NCBI GenBank assembly: GCA_900751685.1
Contig: CAADSR010000257.1
Coordinates: 1 to 60,645 of the forward strand
Length of the DNA stretch: 60,645 nucleotides
DNA from: Clostridia bacterium
GTDB taxonomy: Bacteria; Bacillota; Clostridia; UBA1381
Direction of reading: 5' to 3'
Positions 10,648 to 22,155 of the stretch are shown one piece after another (position 1 is the stretch's first letter; the number at the start of each line of letters is the position of its first letter). A program made the translations under genes and the position numbers. Below the pieces are notes generated by a model, which worked only from the letters and a program-made list of their open reading frames with translations, did not search any database and had not been told where the DNA came from.

Positions 10648-10920
10648 ATGGGAAGATCACTAAAAAAGGGACCTTTTGTAGAAGAGCGTTTAATGGGAAG
10701 AATCGAAACAATGAACGCAGCAAATGAAAAGAAAGTTGTAAAGACTTGGTCAAGATCATCTACAATTTTCCCTGAAATGGTAGGTCACACAATTGCCGTT
10801 CATGACGGAAGAAAGCATGTTCCGGTATTTATCAGCGAGGACATGGTTGGCCACAAGTTGGGCGAGTTTGCACCAACAAGAACTTACAGAGGCCATGCCG
10901 GAGCAAAAACATCTAGATAA
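10648..10920 (+). CDS. rpsS: 30S ribosomal protein S19
   Basis: [11 protein letters not shown]... canonical S19. Confidence 0.97.
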   Translation: MGRSLKKGPFVEERLMGRIETMNAANEKKVVKTWSRSSTIFPEMVGHTIAVHDGRKHVPVFISEDMVGHKLGEFAPTRTYRGHAGAKTSR

Positions 10921-10969
10921 TTTCTAATTTGATATAGAATTTCCGAAATTCGAAAGGAGGAATCCAGTG

Positions 10970-11308
10970 ATGGAAGCACGTGCAGTGTTAAAATATGCTC
11001 GTATTTCGCCGAGAAAAGTGAAGATTGTGCTTGATTTGATCAGAAACAAGCCGGCGAACGTTGCGATGGGGATTCTGCAAAACACACCAAAGGCAGCAAG
11101 TGAGTATCTGGTAAAGATCCTTGCATCTGCTGTTGCAAATGCAGAAAACAATCATGATATGGATAAAAGTAAATTATATGTTGCGGAATGTTATGCAACA
11201 CAAGGTCCTACATTGAAGAGAATCAGACCGAGAGCTCAGGGAAGAGCCTTTAAGATTTTGAAGAAAACCAGCCATATCACCTTAGTATTGAAGGAAATGG
11301 AAGATTAA
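10970..11308 (+). CDS. rplV: 50S ribosomal protein L22
   Basis: [16 protein letters not shown]... ATG at 10970 after the SD AAAGGAGG. Confidence 0.96.
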   Translation: MEARAVLKYARISPRKVKIVLDLIRNKPANVAMGILQNTPKAASEYLVKILASAVANAENNHDMDKSKLYVAECYATQGPTLKRIRPRAQGRAFKILKKTSHITLVLKEMED

Positions 11309-11327
11309 TCGAAAAAGGAGGTTAATT

Positions 11328-12077
11328 ATGGGACAAAAAGTCAATCCACACGGACTTAGAGTCGGTGTTATCAAAGATTGGGACTCAAAGTGGTTCGCAG
11401 GAAAGAAAGAATTCGGAGACCAATTGGTTGAAGATTATAATATCAGAAAGTTCATTAAGAAAGCTTGCTATGATGCCGGTGTTGCAAAGATCGGTATTGA
11501 AAGAAAGCAAAACAAGGTATATGTTACGATCCATGCTGCAAAGCCGGGTATCATCATCGGCCGCGGCGGAAGCGAGATCGATAAGCTCAAGGCAAAGTTG
11601 GAAAAGCAGACTGCGAAGAGCGTGAACTTAAATATCATGGAGGTACGCCAGCCGGATACCAATGCACAATTGGTTGCTGAGAACATTGCAGCGCAGCTGG
11701 AAAGACGTATTTCCTTCAGACGTGCTATGAAGCAGGTCATGGGCAGAGCAATGCGCCTTGGCATCAAGGGGATCAAAACAAGTGTTGCGGGCCGTGTAGG
11801 CGGTGCCGAAATCGCAAGAACAGAGCAGTATCATGAAGGTACAATTCCTCTGCAGACCTTGCGTGCCGATATCGATTATGGTTTTGCTGAAGCAAAAACA
11901 ACTTATGGTATCATCGGTGTAAAGGTATGGATCTATAAAGGTGAAGTACTCAATGACAGCAGAAGGGAATCTGCAGCTCCGGAGCGTCGTGAAAGAAGAA
12001 GACCAGATAATAATAGAAGAAACGACAACAGAAGACCGGACAATCGTGACAATAGAAGACCGAGAGGGGGCAAATAA
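11328..12077 (+). CDS. rpsC: 30S ribosomal protein S3 with an Arg/Asp/Asn-rich C-terminal repeat tail
   Basis: [13 protein letters not shown]... canonical S3 core. The roughly 38-aa tail [30 protein letters not shown] is extra. Confidence 0.96.
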   Translation: MGQKVNPHGLRVGVIKDWDSKWFAGKKEFGDQLVEDYNIRKFIKKACYDAGVAKIGIERKQNKVYVTIHAAKPGIIIGRGGSEIDKLKAKLEKQTAKSVNLNIMEVRQPDTNAQLVAENIAAQLERRISFRRAMKQVMGRAMRLGIKGIKTSVAGRVGGAEIARTEQYHEGTIPLQTLRADIDYGFAEAKTTYGIIGVKVWIYKGEVLNDSRRESAAPERRERRRPDNNRRNDNRRPDNRDNRRPRGGK

Positions 12078-12080
12078 ATC

Positions 12081-12503
12081 ATGTTGTTACCTAAGAGAGT
12101 AAAATACAGAAGAGTTATGCGTGGTAGAATGAAGGGTAAGGCAACACGCGGTAACGTTGTTAGCAACGGTGAGTTTGGCCTTCAATCCTTAGAACCAGCA
12201 TGGATCACTTCAAGACAAATCGAAGCTGCCCGTATCGCCATGACAAGATACACAAAAAGAGGCGGTAAGGTTTGGATCAAAATCTTCCCAGATAAACCGG
12301 TTACAAGAAAACCTGCTGAAACTCGAATGGGTTCTGGTAAAGGTAGCCCGGAGTACTGGGTAGCAGTTGTAAAGCCCGGCCGTGTTATGTTTGAGATCGG
12401 CGGCGTGAGTGAGGAAGTAGCACGCGAGGCACTGCGTCTTGCAATGCACAAACTGCCTGTAAAGTGTAAGTTCGTAAAGCGTGAAGCAGAGGATGGTGAA
12501 TAA
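12081..12503 (+). CDS. rplP: 50S ribosomal protein L16
   Basis: [11 protein letters not shown]... canonical L16. Confidence 0.97.
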   Translation: MLLPKRVKYRRVMRGRMKGKATRGNVVSNGEFGLQSLEPAWITSRQIEAARIAMTRYTKRGGKVWIKIFPDKPVTRKPAETRMGSGKGSPEYWVAVVKPGRVMFEIGGVSEEVAREALRLAMHKLPVKCKFVKREAEDGE

Positions 12504-12505
12504 GA

Positions 12506-12709
12506 ATGAAAGTAAATGAGCTTAGAGAGCTGTCAACAGCTGAATTAGAAGAAAAGCTGGCGGAAAGCAAACAAGAGCTTTTCAACTTGAGATTCCAAAA
12601 CGCTATTAACCAATTGGAAAATCCAAAGAGAATTAGTGACGTTAAGAAGACTATTGCTCGTATTATGACCATCATTCATGAAAGAGAATCACAAGATTCT
12701 GCAATCTAA
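12506..12709 (+). CDS. rpmC: 50S ribosomal protein L29
   Basis: [18 protein letters not shown]... canonical L29. Confidence 0.96.
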   Translation: MKVNELRELSTAELEEKLAESKQELFNLRFQNAINQLENPKRISDVKKTIARIMTIIHERESQDSAI

Positions 12710-12762
12710 TGAAACAGGATCAACTCAGCGATAGAAGAGCTTGATGAAGGGAGGCTAAAGCC

Positions 12763-13020
12763 GTGGAAGAAAGAAACGGCCGAAAGGTTAAAATCGGTAG
12801 AGTAGTCAGCAGCAAGATGGATAAGACGATCGTTGTTGCGATTGAATATAATGTAAAGCACCCGCTGTATGGAAAAGTTGTAAAACGTACCTACAAGCTG
12901 AAAGCGCATGATGAAGAAAACACATGTGTAAAGGGTGATAAGGTAAAAGTGATGGAAACAAGACCTCTGTCTAAGGATAAGAGATGGAGACTGGTTGAAG
13001 TTGTAGAAAAAGCGAAATAA
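12763..13020 (+). CDS. rpsQ: 30S ribosomal protein S17
   Basis: GTG start behind the SD GGGAGG. ...[19 protein letters not shown]... canonical S17. Confidence 0.95.
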   Translation: MEERNGRKVKIGRVVSSKMDKTIVVAIEYNVKHPLYGKVVKRTYKLKAHDEENTCVKGDKVKVMETRPLSKDKRWRLVEVVEKAK

Positions 13021-13049
13021 AAAACGTAGCCTGGAAGGAGGAAGTTTAA

Positions 13050-13418
13050 ATGATTCAACAACAATCACGCTTAAAAGTGGCTGACAACACAGGCGCTAAA
13101 GAAGTAATGTGTATCCGTGTCATAGGCGGTTCGAAGAAGAGATATGCAGCCGTTGGAGATGAAATCATTTGCAGTGTCAAGAAGGCAACACCGGGCGGCG
13201 TTGTTAAAAAAGGTGACGTTGTAAAGGCTGTAGTTGTAAGAACAGTAAAAGAATCGAAACGTCCTGACGGATCTTATATAAGATTTGACGAAAATGCAGC
13301 AGTTATCATCAAAGATGATAAGAATCCGAGAGGTACTCGTATTTTTGGCCCTGTTGCAAGAGAGCTCAGAGATAAAGAATACATGAAAATCTTATCATTG
13401 GCTCCCGAAGTGCTTTAA
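13050..13418 (+). CDS. rplN: 50S ribosomal protein L14
   Basis: [18 protein letters not shown]... canonical L14. Confidence 0.97.
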   Translation: MIQQQSRLKVADNTGAKEVMCIRVIGGSKKRYAAVGDEIICSVKKATPGGVVKKGDVVKAVVVRTVKESKRPDGSYIRFDENAAVIIKDDKNPRGTRIFGPVARELRDKEYMKILSLAPEVL

Positions 13419-13432
13419 GGAGGTTAACAACG

Positions 13433-13756
13433 ATGAAGAAAATGCATGTGAAACGCGGCGATGTCGTTCAAGTCATTGCCGGTAAAGATAAAGGCAAGCA
13501 AGGTAAAGTCGTTACTGCAATACCAGAGGCTGGTAAAGTGATTGTAGAAGGCGTTGCCATGGTGAAAAAACACCAAAAAGCAAGAATGCAGGGTCAAGAG
13601 AGCGGCATCATCCATATGGAAGCACCGATCGATGCATCTAATGTAATGCGCGTATGCTCTAAGTGCGGAAAGCCTGCAAGAACAGGTGTCCAGGTCTTGG
13701 AAGATGGTTCCAAGGTAAGATACTGCAAAAAGTGTAAAGAAACATTCAACGACTAA
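13433..13756 (+). CDS. rplX: 50S ribosomal protein L24
   Basis: KOW motif VKRGDVVQVIAGKDKGKQGKV. SD AAGGAGG lies 9 nt upstream. Confidence 0.96.
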   Translation: MKKMHVKRGDVVQVIAGKDKGKQGKVVTAIPEAGKVIVEGVAMVKKHQKARMQGQESGIIHMEAPIDASNVMRVCSKCGKPARTGVQVLEDGSKVRYCKKCKETFND

Positions 13757-13782
13757 TTTTCGAGAGGAGGTAAATTCAAACT

Positions 13783-14322
13783 ATGACTAGAATGCAAGAG
13801 AAATATACCAAAGAGGTAGCACCGGCTCTGATGCAAAAGTTCGGTTATAAAAGTCCCATGCAAATACCAAAACTTGAAAAGATCGTTGTCAATATTGGTT
13901 TAGGTGAAGCAAGAGATAACCCTAAAGTAATCGAAGCTGCTTGCAATGACCTGTCACAGATCACAGGCCAAAAGCCGATTGTTACAAAAGCAAGAAAATC
14001 CGTTGCGAACTTCAAATTAAGAGAAGGTATGAACATTGGATGCAAGGTAACACTTCGTGCCAACAGAATGTATGAATTTTTAGATAGATTGTTTAATGTG
14101 GCGTTGCCGCGTGTACGTGACTTCAGAGGAATCAACGCAAACGCGTTCGACGGCAGAGGCAACTACGCATTAGGCCTTAAAGAACAGTTGATCTTCCCGG
14201 AAATCGATTATGATAAGATCGACAAAATCAGAGGAATGGATGTTGTTTTTGTAACAACAGCAAAAACAGATGAGGAAGCACGTGAGCTTTTAAGCTTGAT
14301 GGGTGCTCCGTTCGTTCGCTAA
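13783..14322 (+). CDS. rplE: 50S ribosomal protein L5
   Basis: 179 aa with a canonical L5 sequence. Confidence 0.97.
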   Translation: MTRMQEKYTKEVAPALMQKFGYKSPMQIPKLEKIVVNIGLGEARDNPKVIEAACNDLSQITGQKPIVTKARKSVANFKLREGMNIGCKVTLRANRMYEFLDRLFNVALPRVRDFRGINANAFDGRGNYALGLKEQLIFPEIDYDKIDKIRGMDVVFVTTAKTDEEARELLSLMGAPFVR

Positions 14323-14340
14323 GGCAAGGAGGGAAAGAGA

Positions 14341-14526
14341 ATGGCAAAAAAATCAATGGTCATAAAGCAGCAGAGAAAGCCGAAACACAGCACACAGGCT
14401 TACACCAGATGTAAGATCTGCGGCAGACCTCATGCATACCTTAGAAAATTTGGCATTTGCCGTATTTGTTTCAGAGAATTAGCTTATAAAGGCCAAATCC
14501 CTGGCGTACGCAAAGCTAGCTGGTAG
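14341..14526 (+). CDS. rpsN: 30S ribosomal protein S14, zinc-binding type Z (61 aa)
   Basis: CKICGRPH...CRICFRE CxxC pairs, 61 aa, located between rplE and rpsH. Confidence 0.96.
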   Translation: MAKKSMVIKQQRKPKHSTQAYTRCKICGRPHAYLRKFGICRICFRELAYKGQIPGVRKASW

Positions 14527-14593
14527 AATTAAAAGAGAGACGTTAAGATAGAAATTCGTTTTCCCATGAGGATTTCGGAAGGAGGTAAATTTA

Positions 14594-14992
14594 ATGCAAA
14601 TAACTGATCCAATCGCAGACTTGCTTACAAGAATCAGAAATGCAAACTCTGCTAAACATGAAACAGTTGATGTTCCGGCTTCCAATATGAAAAAGGCAAT
14701 TATCGATATTTTAAGAGAAGAAGGCTACATTAAGAGCTATCAAGTAATTGAAGACGGAAAACAAGGTGTGATCCGTGTGACCTTGAAATATGGACCGAAC
14801 CACGAAAAGGTAATCAGTGGCTTGAAAAGAGTTTCCAAGCCGGGCCTTAGAATCTATGCCGGTGCAGAGGAAATGCCAAGAGTATTAAAAGGCCTTGGTA
14901 TTGCTGTTGTTTCCACATCCAATGGAATCATGACAGACAAACAAGCAAGAGCAGCCCATGTTGGCGGCGAAGTTTTGGCGTTTGTTTGGTAA
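14594..14992 (+). CDS. rpsH: 30S ribosomal protein S8
   Basis: [17 protein letters not shown]... canonical S8. Confidence 0.97.
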   Translation: MQITDPIADLLTRIRNANSAKHETVDVPASNMKKAIIDILREEGYIKSYQVIEDGKQGVIRVTLKYGPNHEKVISGLKRVSKPGLRIYAGAEEMPRVLKGLGIAVVSTSNGIMTDKQARAAHVGGEVLAFVW

Positions 14993-15060
14993 ACGGTTAG
15001 AAAAATAACTGAAAGCCTGCATGAAAGTGCAGAGGAAATTTAAGTTAGGAGGACATTATA

Positions 15061-15609
15061 ATGTCGAGAATTGGTAAGTTACCGATTACTGTCCCGGCTG
15101 GTGTTGATGTGAAAATCAGCGCAAATAATGAAGTGACTGTAAAGGGGAAAAACGGAACCCTGTCCCGTACACTTCATCCGGACATGATCATTAAAATGCA
15201 GGACGGCACAATCACTGTAGAGCGTCCTACAGAAAATAAAATGCATAAAGCGCTTCACGGCTTAACACGTACCCTGATCAATAATATGGTCGTTGGTGTA
15301 ACAGAAGGCTTTACAAAGGAACTGGAGATCAACGGTGTTGGTTACAGAGCGCAATTGCAAGGCAAAAAGCTTGTTTTGGGCCTTGGTTATTCCCATCCTG
15401 TAGAATACACTCCTGTAGAGGGGATCACAATCGAAGTTCCGGCGCCAAACAAAATCATTGTAAAAGGTGCAAACAAAGAAGTGGTCGGAGAAACCGCTGC
15501 GAAAATCCGCGAATTCAGACAGCCTGAGCCATATAAGGGCAAGGGGATCAAGTACGTGGATGAAGTAATCCGTCGTAAAGAAGGTAAAGCAGGGGCTAAG
15601 AAGAAATAA
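15061..15609 (+). CDS. rplF: 50S ribosomal protein L6
   Basis: [15 protein letters not shown]... canonical L6. Confidence 0.97.
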   Translation: MSRIGKLPITVPAGVDVKISANNEVTVKGKNGTLSRTLHPDMIIKMQDGTITVERPTENKMHKALHGLTRTLINNMVVGVTEGFTKELEINGVGYRAQLQGKKLVLGLGYSHPVEYTPVEGITIEVPAPNKIIVKGANKEVVGETAAKIREFRQPEPYKGKGIKYVDEVIRRKEGKAGAKKK

Positions 15610-15626
15610 GAAAGGAGTGTTCTTAA

Positions 15627-15986
15627 ATGATTAAGAAGCAAAATGGTAATGCGCAAAGATTAAAACGTCATAGAAGAGTAAGAAAGAACATCTCCGGGAC
15701 AGCGGAGAGACCTCGTCTGAACGTATTTAGAAGTTTAAATCATATCTATGCACAAATCATTGATGACACCAACGGTGTTACTTTGGTTTCCGCATCCAGC
15801 ATGGAAAAAGACTTTAATGGTTATGGCGGGAATGTGGAAGCTGCAAAAGCAGTCGGCAAGAAGGTTGCTGAAAAGGCTGTAGCGGCAGGCATTAAATCTG
15901 TTGTATTTGACAGAGGCGGATATGTATATCATGGTAGAGTTGCCGCTCTTGCAGAAGGTGCAAGAGAAGGCGGTCTAGATTTCTAA
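15627..15986 (+). CDS. rplR: 50S ribosomal protein L18
   Basis: 119 aa ending ...[25 protein letters not shown]. Confidence 0.96.
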   Translation: MIKKQNGNAQRLKRHRRVRKNISGTAERPRLNVFRSLNHIYAQIIDDTNGVTLVSASSMEKDFNGYGGNVEAAKAVGKKVAEKAVAAGIKSVVFDRGGYVYHGRVAALAEGAREGGLDF

Positions 15987-16005
15987 AAGAAGGAGGACGA
16001 GAAGA

Positions 16006-16509
16006 GTGGCTGAAAGAATAGATGCATCAGTACTTGATATAGAGGAAAAAGTTGTAGCAATTAACCGTGTTGCAAAGGTTGTAAAAGGCGGTAGAACTTT
16101 CAGATTCAGTGCTTTGGTAGTCGTAGGCGACGGGAATGGTCATGTTGGCTGCGGTATGGGTAAAGCAGCTGAAATCCCAGATGCGATCCGCAAAGGTATT
16201 GAAGATGCGAAAAAGAACATGATTACTGTTCCAATGGTTGGCACAACAATCCCCCACGAAGTCATCGGAATTTACGGTGCTGGCAAGGTATTGTTAAAGC
16301 CGGCTGCAGAAGGTACCGGGGTTATCGCCGGTGGCGCTGCAAGAGCGGTCTTGGAACTGGCAGGGATAAAAGATATCAGAACGAAGTGCTTGCGTTCAAA
16401 CAATAAGAAGAACGTAGTAGGTGCTACCATCCAGGGCCTTGCAGAGCTGAAGCAGGCAGAAGAGGTTGCAAGACTTCGCGGTAAGACTGTAGACCAAATC
16501 AAGGGTTAA
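16006..16509 (+). CDS. rpsE: 30S ribosomal protein S5
   Basis: GTG start after the SD AGGAGG. ...[24 protein letters not shown]... canonical S5. Confidence 0.96.
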   Translation: MAERIDASVLDIEEKVVAINRVAKVVKGGRTFRFSALVVVGDGNGHVGCGMGKAAEIPDAIRKGIEDAKKNMITVPMVGTTIPHEVIGIYGAGKVLLKPAAEGTGVIAGGAARAVLELAGIKDIRTKCLRSNNKKNVVGATIQGLAELKQAEEVARLRGKTVDQIKG

Positions 16510-16524
16510 TGAGGAGGCGCGAAA

Positions 16525-16704
16525 ATGGCTAAACTGCAAGTGAAATTAGTAAAAAGCACGATCGGCAGAAAGAAAGACCAGATCGCTACGGTTGAAGCTT
16601 TAGGACTAAAAAGAATCAGAGATGTTGTTGAGCACAATGACACGCCTCAAATCAGAGGTATGATCAACAAAGTGTCTCATCTGGTAGAAGTTGAAGAAAA
16701 CTAG
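16525..16704 (+). CDS. rpmD: 50S ribosomal protein L30 (59 aa, below ORF-track cutoff)
   Basis: Hand-translated as [68 protein letters not shown] lies upstream, and the gene sits at the expected position between rpsE and rplO. Confidence 0.93.
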   Translation: MAKLQVKLVKSTIGRKKDQIATVEALGLKRIRDVVEHNDTPQIRGMINKVSHLVEVEEN

Positions 16705-16729
16705 TAGAAAAGACAAGGAGGTGTAGCAA

Positions 16730-17170
16730 ATGAGATTGGATGAACTACAACCTGCAGAAGGATCAAAGTTCGCGCCGAAGAGAGTCGGCAGAGGGATTGG
16801 TTCCGGTACAGGAAAGACTTCCGGTAAAGGTCATAAAGGACAAAATGCACGTTCAGGCGGTGGCGTAAGACCAGGTTTTGAAGGTGGACAGATGCCTCTT
16901 TACAGACGTTTGCCGAAACGTGGTTTTAAGAATATATTTGCAAAGCAGTATGTTACCATTAATGTAGAAACATTAGAAGTGTTTGAAGACGGCACAGAAG
17001 TAACAGCGGAGCTTTTGAAAGAAAAAGGTATTGTAAGCAAAACTCTTGATGGGATCAAGATCCTGGGCAGAGGTGAACTGACCAAAAAGCTTACAGTAAA
17101 AGTTGCAAAATACACAGAATCAGCCAAAGAAAAAATTGAAAAAGCAGGTGGAAAGGCTGAGGTGATGTAA
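16730..17170 (+). CDS. rplO: 50S ribosomal protein L15
   Basis: 146 aa with a Gly-rich N-terminus typical of L15. Confidence 0.96.
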   Translation: MRLDELQPAEGSKFAPKRVGRGIGSGTGKTSGKGHKGQNARSGGGVRPGFEGGQMPLYRRLPKRGFKNIFAKQYVTINVETLEVFEDGTEVTAELLKEKGIVSKTLDGIKILGRGELTKKLTVKVAKYTESAKEKIEKAGGKAEVM

Positions 17171-17171
17171 A

Positions 17172-18503
17172 GTGTTCGAGACAATTAAAAACGCTTTTAA
17201 AATTCCAGATTTAAGGCGCAGAATTCTTTTCACACTGTTAATGCTGATTGTTTTCCGTTTTGGCGCACATATTCCAGTGCCTTACCTGAGCGCGGAAGCA
17301 ATGCAGGCTTTTTTAGGAAACGGCGGAACAGACTTATTCAGCCTGTTTGATGTGTTCACTGGTGGGGCATTCTCCAATGCGACCGTTATGGCGCTGGGTG
17401 TTTCTCCATACATTAACGCATCCATTATTATTCAATTATTAACGGTCGCGATCCCGTCGCTGGAACGCTTGGCGAAGGAAGGCGTGGAAGGCCGTAAGAA
17501 AATCAATAAGATTACACGTTATGTTGGTATTGTTCTGGCATTGATCCAAGGTGCGGGCCTGTATGTTACATTGTATAACATGGGGATCCAATCCGGCATG
17601 ACTACCATTGCAAATACCACAATGCTTGGCTTCTTTACGATCGTACTGACCTTTACGGCTGGTACAGCATTTATCGTATGGCTGGGTGAATTGATCACAG
17701 AAAAAGGCATCGGGAACGGTGTTTCCCTGATCATCTTTGCTGGTATCGTATCCAGGATCCCATCTGGTGCGATCACAATTTACCAGCAGTTCTTAGCAGC
17801 CGGCTTCAACATCAAAGGTGCTATCATCTCTTTGTTGATCTTGGTTGTTGCAATCGCTGCAATTGGATTTGTAGTATTGTTTGACAGTGCAGAACGCAGA
17901 ATCCCGGTACAGTACGCAAAGCGTGTTGTGGGCCGGAAGATGTATGGCGGGCAAAGCACAAACATTCCGATTAAGGTTGTTATGGGCGGCGTTATGCCGA
18001 TCATTTTTGCATCCAGTATCATGGCATTCCCGGCAACGATCGTACGTCTGGTAACAGGCGGCAATATGCCGACAGAAGGAATTAGCTATTATATCTTAGG
18101 GATGCTTTCAGCAGGCTATGGCCCGGCATGGACCAGTATTGTATATTCTTTATTATACTTCCTGCTCATTATCTTCTTTACTTACTTTTATTCTTCCATC
18201 CAATTCAATCCGATTGAGCTGGCGAATAATATGAAGAAGAGCGGCGGTTATATTCCTGGGATCCGTCCAGGGAAACCGACCAGTGATTTTATTGGCAAAG
18301 TATCAACAAAGCTGAATCTTGCAGGCGCGATCTTCTTAGGGATCATCGCGATCCTTCCGGTCATCCTGGGTGCGGTATTTAATATCCAGTCCATTCAAAT
18401 CGGAGGTACTTCCCTGTTAATCATGGAAGGTGTTGCATTAGAAGCAGTACGCCAAATCGAATCACAAATGACCATGCGTCATTATAAAGGCTTTTTAGAG
18501 TAA
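17172..18503 (+). CDS. secY: Preprotein translocase subunit SecY
   Basis: 443 aa, 10-TM pattern, conserved position after rplO, GTG start. Confidence 0.96.
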   Translation: MFETIKNAFKIPDLRRRILFTLLMLIVFRFGAHIPVPYLSAEAMQAFLGNGGTDLFSLFDVFTGGAFSNATVMALGVSPYINASIIIQLLTVAIPSLERLAKEGVEGRKKINKITRYVGIVLALIQGAGLYVTLYNMGIQSGMTTIANTTMLGFFTIVLTFTAGTAFIVWLGELITEKGIGNGVSLIIFAGIVSRIPSGAITIYQQFLAAGFNIKGAIISLLILVVAIAAIGFVVLFDSAERRIPVQYAKRVVGRKMYGGQSTNIPIKVVMGGVMPIIFASSIMAFPATIVRLVTGGNMPTEGISYYILGMLSAGYGPAWTSIVYSLLYFLLIIFFTYFYSSIQFNPIELANNMKKSGGYIPGIRPGKPTSDFIGKVSTKLNLAGAIFLGIIAILPVILGAVFNIQSIQIGGTSLLIMEGVALEAVRQIESQMTMRHYKGFLE

Positions 18504-18524
18504 GCAATGAAAGGCGGGCATCAT

Positions 18525-19169
18525 ATGAAATTAGTGTTAATGGGACCTCCGGGTGCCGGTAAAGGAACGCAGGGAGAGCTTCTGGCTAAAAAGCTGGATG
18601 TTCATACGATTTCTACGGGAGTTATGCTCCGGCCCGCCATTAAAGAAAACACGGAATTGGGAAAACTGGCTGGCCAGTATATCAATGATGGTAAGCTGGT
18701 TCCCGATGATGTGATGGTATCCATAGTAAAAGAGCGTTTGTCTGAACCGGATTGTGAGAAGGGATTCATCCTGGATGGATTCCCACGCACTGTAAAGCAG
18801 GCAGAAGCGCTGACAGCCTCAGGTGTTAAAATTGATAAGGTTTTATCCCTGGAGGTTGCAGATGAGGATATTATCTCAAGGCTCACCAGCCGGCGGGAAT
18901 GCTCCGGGTGCGGCGCACCTTATAACATTTTATCCAATCCCCCCAAAACGGAAGGGGTTTGTGATAAATGCGGAGGCAGCCTGATCCAGCGGGCAGATGA
19001 TAACCCGGAAACGATTTCAAACCGTTTGGAAGTTTATCATACGCAAACTGAGCCGATTAAAGAATATTATCAAAAGGCGGGGCTTTTAGTAATGGCCCAG
19101 GGTGAGCATGAGCTTGCAGATACGACTCGTAATGTAGACCATGCATTAGGAATCGAGGGGGCGCAATGA
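18525..19169 (+). CDS. adk: Adenylate kinase (zinc-lid type)
   Basis: MKLVLMGPPGAGKGTQ P-loop. The lid carries CSGCG...CDKCGG. Start set at the ATG at 18525. Confidence 0.96.
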   Translation: MKLVLMGPPGAGKGTQGELLAKKLDVHTISTGVMLRPAIKENTELGKLAGQYINDGKLVPDDVMVSIVKERLSEPDCEKGFILDGFPRTVKQAEALTASGVKIDKVLSLEVADEDIISRLTSRRECSGCGAPYNILSNPPKTEGVCDKCGGSLIQRADDNPETISNRLEVYHTQTEPIKEYYQKAGLLVMAQGEHELADTTRNVDHALGIEGAQ

Positions 19170-19912
19170 TTACAATTAAGTCCGCAACACAAATTGAAAA
19201 AATGCGGGAAGCCAATAGAATCACACGTGAAGCACTGGAGCTTCTGGAGAAACACGTGAAGCCTGGCATCTCGACAGCGCAGCTGGATAAGATCGCATAT
19301 GATTTTATCCTGTCCCAAGGCGCAAAACCGAATTTCCTTCATTACAACGGTTTTCCGGGCAGTATTTGCGCATCAGTCAATGATGAGGTAGTACACGGAA
19401 TCCCAAGTAAGAGCGTTGTGTTAAAGGAAGGCGATATCATCAGTATTGATATGGGCGCGGTGAAAAACGGCTATCACGGAGACGCTGCCAGAACGTATCC
19501 GGTCGGGAAAATTTCAGCCGAGGCACAAAACCTGATTGATGTAACCCGGCAAAGCTTTTTTGAAGGGATCAAATATGTGAAGCATGGTGCCAAATTAGGC
19601 GATGTTTCATCTGCCATACAGTCCTATGTGGAAGCGCACGGCTATTCCGTTGTCCGTGACCTGGTAGGCCACGGAATTGGAGAGGCGCTGCATGAAGAGC
19701 CGAATGTACCAAATTTTGGTCATCCGGGCCGCGGCGTAAAACTGGCTGCCGGTATGACGCTAGCCATTGAACCAATGGTCAATGCAGGAGACTGGAAGGT
19801 CTATGTAGAAGACGATGATTGGACCATTGTTACTGCAGATGGAAGCTTATCAGCCCACTATGAAAATACCATCGTGGTTACAAAAGAAGGTTATGAAATA
19901 TTAACCCTGTAG
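19166..19912 (+). CDS. map: Type I methionine aminopeptidase
   Basis: 248 aa with a typical MetAP sequence. The start overlaps the adk stop. Confidence 0.95.
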   Translation: MITIKSATQIEKMREANRITREALELLEKHVKPGISTAQLDKIAYDFILSQGAKPNFLHYNGFPGSICASVNDEVVHGIPSKSVVLKEGDIISIDMGAVKNGYHGDAARTYPVGKISAEAQNLIDVTRQSFFEGIKYVKHGAKLGDVSSAIQSYVEAHGYSVVRDLVGHGIGEALHEEPNVPNFGHPGRGVKLAAGMTLAIEPMVNAGDWKVYVEDDDWTIVTADGSLSAHYENTIVVTKEGYEILTL

Positions 19913-19924
19913 AGGTGACAAGAT

Positions 19925-20197
19925 ATGGAACTAGTAATGGGCACAGTGGTTCGCTCCAAAGCAGGCCGTGATAAGGGTGATTTGTTTGTGATCCTCCGGC
20001 TCGAAGGTGAATATGCCTATATTGCCAACGGTGAACTGAGAAAAGTGGACCAGCCAAAAAAGAAAAAGCTCAAGCACATTCAACGGACGAACTACGTTTC
20101 CGGATTCATTGCAGATAAGCTTGCAGCGGTCGGAAAGGTGACCAATTCGGAGGTGCGAAAGGCATTAGCGGAATATAGGGAGATAGAAGTTTCTTAG
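19925..20197 (+). CDS. KOW domain-containing RNA-binding protein (Clostridia-typical gene between map and infA)
   Basis: GTVVRSKAGRDKGDLFVIL KOW-like motif, in a conserved position. Confidence 0.7.
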   Translation: MELVMGTVVRSKAGRDKGDLFVILRLEGEYAYIANGELRKVDQPKKKKLKHIQRTNYVSGFIADKLAAVGKVTNSEVRKALAEYREIEVS

Positions 20198-20209
20198 GAG
20201 GTAAGTTCT

Positions 20210-20428
20210 TTGGCTAAGGAAGATGTATTAGAATTAGAGGGCACAGTGGTTGAAACCCTGCCCAACGCAATGTTTAAAGTAGAGCTTGAAAATGGGCACC
20301 AAGTTTTGGCACACATTTCAGGCAAGTTAAGAATGAATTTCATTAAGATTCTGCCGGGCGACCGGGTAACCCTGGAGATGAGCCCGTATGACTTGACTCG
20401 CGGCAGAATCACATGGAGATCCAAGTAA
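20210..20428 (+). CDS. infA: Translation initiation factor IF-1
   Basis: TTG start. [29 protein letters not shown]... canonical IF-1. Confidence 0.96.
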   Translation: MAKEDVLELEGTVVETLPNAMFKVELENGHQVLAHISGKLRMNFIKILPGDRVTLEMSPYDLTRGRITWRSK

Positions 20429-20433
20429 TATAG

Positions 20434-20559
<126 letters not shown>

Positions 20560-20672
20560 TCGGGAAATTTGTTTATGACTTGTTCAAGTGCGGCTGCCAC
20601 ACAGTGTGTGGGTCTTGAAGAGGTTATCATAAGGTTGTAAGTTTATGATAATTGATACATGGAGGTGTAAAA

Positions 20673-21041
20673 ATGGCAAGAATAGCAGGTGTTGACTTAC
20701 CAAGAGACAAAAGAGTAGAAGTTGGTCTTACCTATATATATGGCATCGGCCTGAAAAGTTCGCAAAAGATTTTGGCGCAGAACGGAATCAATCCGGATAC
20801 CAGAGTAAAAGATTTAACCGAGAGCGAAGTAAATAAGCTCAGAGAATCCATTGATGCTGATTTTACAGTGGAAGGCGATTTAAGACGTCAAATCGCATTG
20901 GATATCAAGCGTTTGATGGAAATCGGTTGTTACAGAGGGATCCGTCATAGAAAGGGTCTGCCGGTCCGTGGACAAAATACAAAAAATAACGCTCGTACCC
21001 GTAAAGGTCCTGCGAAGACAATGGCGAACAAAAAGAAATGA
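20673..21041 (+). CDS. rpsM: 30S ribosomal protein S13
   Basis: [14 protein letters not shown]... The ATG at 20673 lies behind the SD GGAGG. Confidence 0.96.
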   Translation: MARIAGVDLPRDKRVEVGLTYIYGIGLKSSQKILAQNGINPDTRVKDLTESEVNKLRESIDADFTVEGDLRRQIALDIKRLMEIGCYRGIRHRKGLPVRGQNTKNNARTRKGPAKTMANKKK

Positions 21042-21061
21042 TAAAGGAGGGACTCAACTAA

Positions 21062-21460
21062 ATGGCTAAAGTAGCAAAAAGAACTACACGAACAAGACGT
21101 CGTGATAGAAAAAATATCGAAAAGGGCGCGGCTCATATCCGTTCCACTTTTAACAATACAATTGTTACGATCACCGATACTGCCGGAAACGCAATTTCCT
21201 GGGCAAGCGCTGGCGGATTAGGCTTCAGAGGTTCCAGAAAGAGTACTCCGTTTGCTGCACAAACAGCTGCAGAAACAGCTGCAAAGGCAGCAATGGAACA
21301 TGGTATGAAGTCTGTTGAAGTTTATGTAAAAGGTCCTGGTGCAGGACGTGAAGCTGCGATCCGTGCATTGCAGGCAGCAGGTCTGGAAGTCAGCATGATC
21401 AAGGATGTTACTCCGATTCCTCATAACGGTTGTAGACCGCCGAAGAGAAGAAGAGTTTGA
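21062..21460 (+). CDS. rpsK: 30S ribosomal protein S11
   Basis: 132 aa with a canonical S11 sequence. Confidence 0.96.
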   Translation: MAKVAKRTTRTRRRDRKNIEKGAAHIRSTFNNTIVTITDTAGNAISWASAGGLGFRGSRKSTPFAAQTAAETAAKAAMEHGMKSVEVYVKGPGAGREAAIRALQAAGLEVSMIKDVTPIPHNGCRPPKRRRV

Positions 21461-21498
21461 TGGATTGTATACATTGTATGTAAGGAGGAAACAACAGC

Positions 21499-22092
21499 AT
21501 GGCTAAAAATATGCAACCGGTACTCAAAAGATGTAGAACTTTAGGTATCGAGCCGTCGGTAATGGGCGTTGATAAAAGCTCGAATAAAAATCCGAAGCAA
21601 AGCAGAAAAAAGCAGAGCGAATATGGCCTGCAGCTGAATGAAAAGCAAAAAGTAAGATTCATCTACGGCGTATTGGAGAAGCAATTCAGAAAATACTATG
21701 TGATGGCAACAAAGAAACAGGGGATCACCGGTGAAAACCTGCTTCAACTTTTGGAATCCAGACTGGACAACGTTGTGTTCCGTTTAGGATTGGCAAATAC
21801 AAGACGTGAAGCAAGACAAATCGTAAACCATGGCCATATCCTGGTAAATGGTAAAAAGGTTGATATTGCTTCTTACCTGGTAAAACCGGGCGAAGTTATT
21901 TCTGTGAAGGAAAAAACAAAGAACTCTGATCATATGAAAGAAATCGTTGAAACGAACGCCTCCAGAGTGGTTCCGAAATGGTTAGACATGGACAAGAACA
22001 CACTTACAGGTAAAGTTATTTCTTTATCAGATAGAGATGACATTGACTTTGAAGTACAAGAGCACTTGATCGTCGAACTGTACTCTAAATAA
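21499..22092 (+). CDS. rpsD: 30S ribosomal protein S4
   Basis: 197 aa with a canonical S4 sequence. Confidence 0.96.
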   Translation: MAKNMQPVLKRCRTLGIEPSVMGVDKSSNKNPKQSRKKQSEYGLQLNEKQKVRFIYGVLEKQFRKYYVMATKKQGITGENLLQLLESRLDNVVFRLGLANTRREARQIVNHGHILVNGKKVDIASYLVKPGEVISVKEKTKNSDHMKEIVETNASRVVPKWLDMDKNTLTGKVISLSDRDDIDFEVQEHLIVELYSK

Positions 22093-22155
22093 TAGATACG
22101 TATTACCCTCGGTAAGTGGATATAGATATAGTATTGTTGTAAGGAGGGTTCTGAA

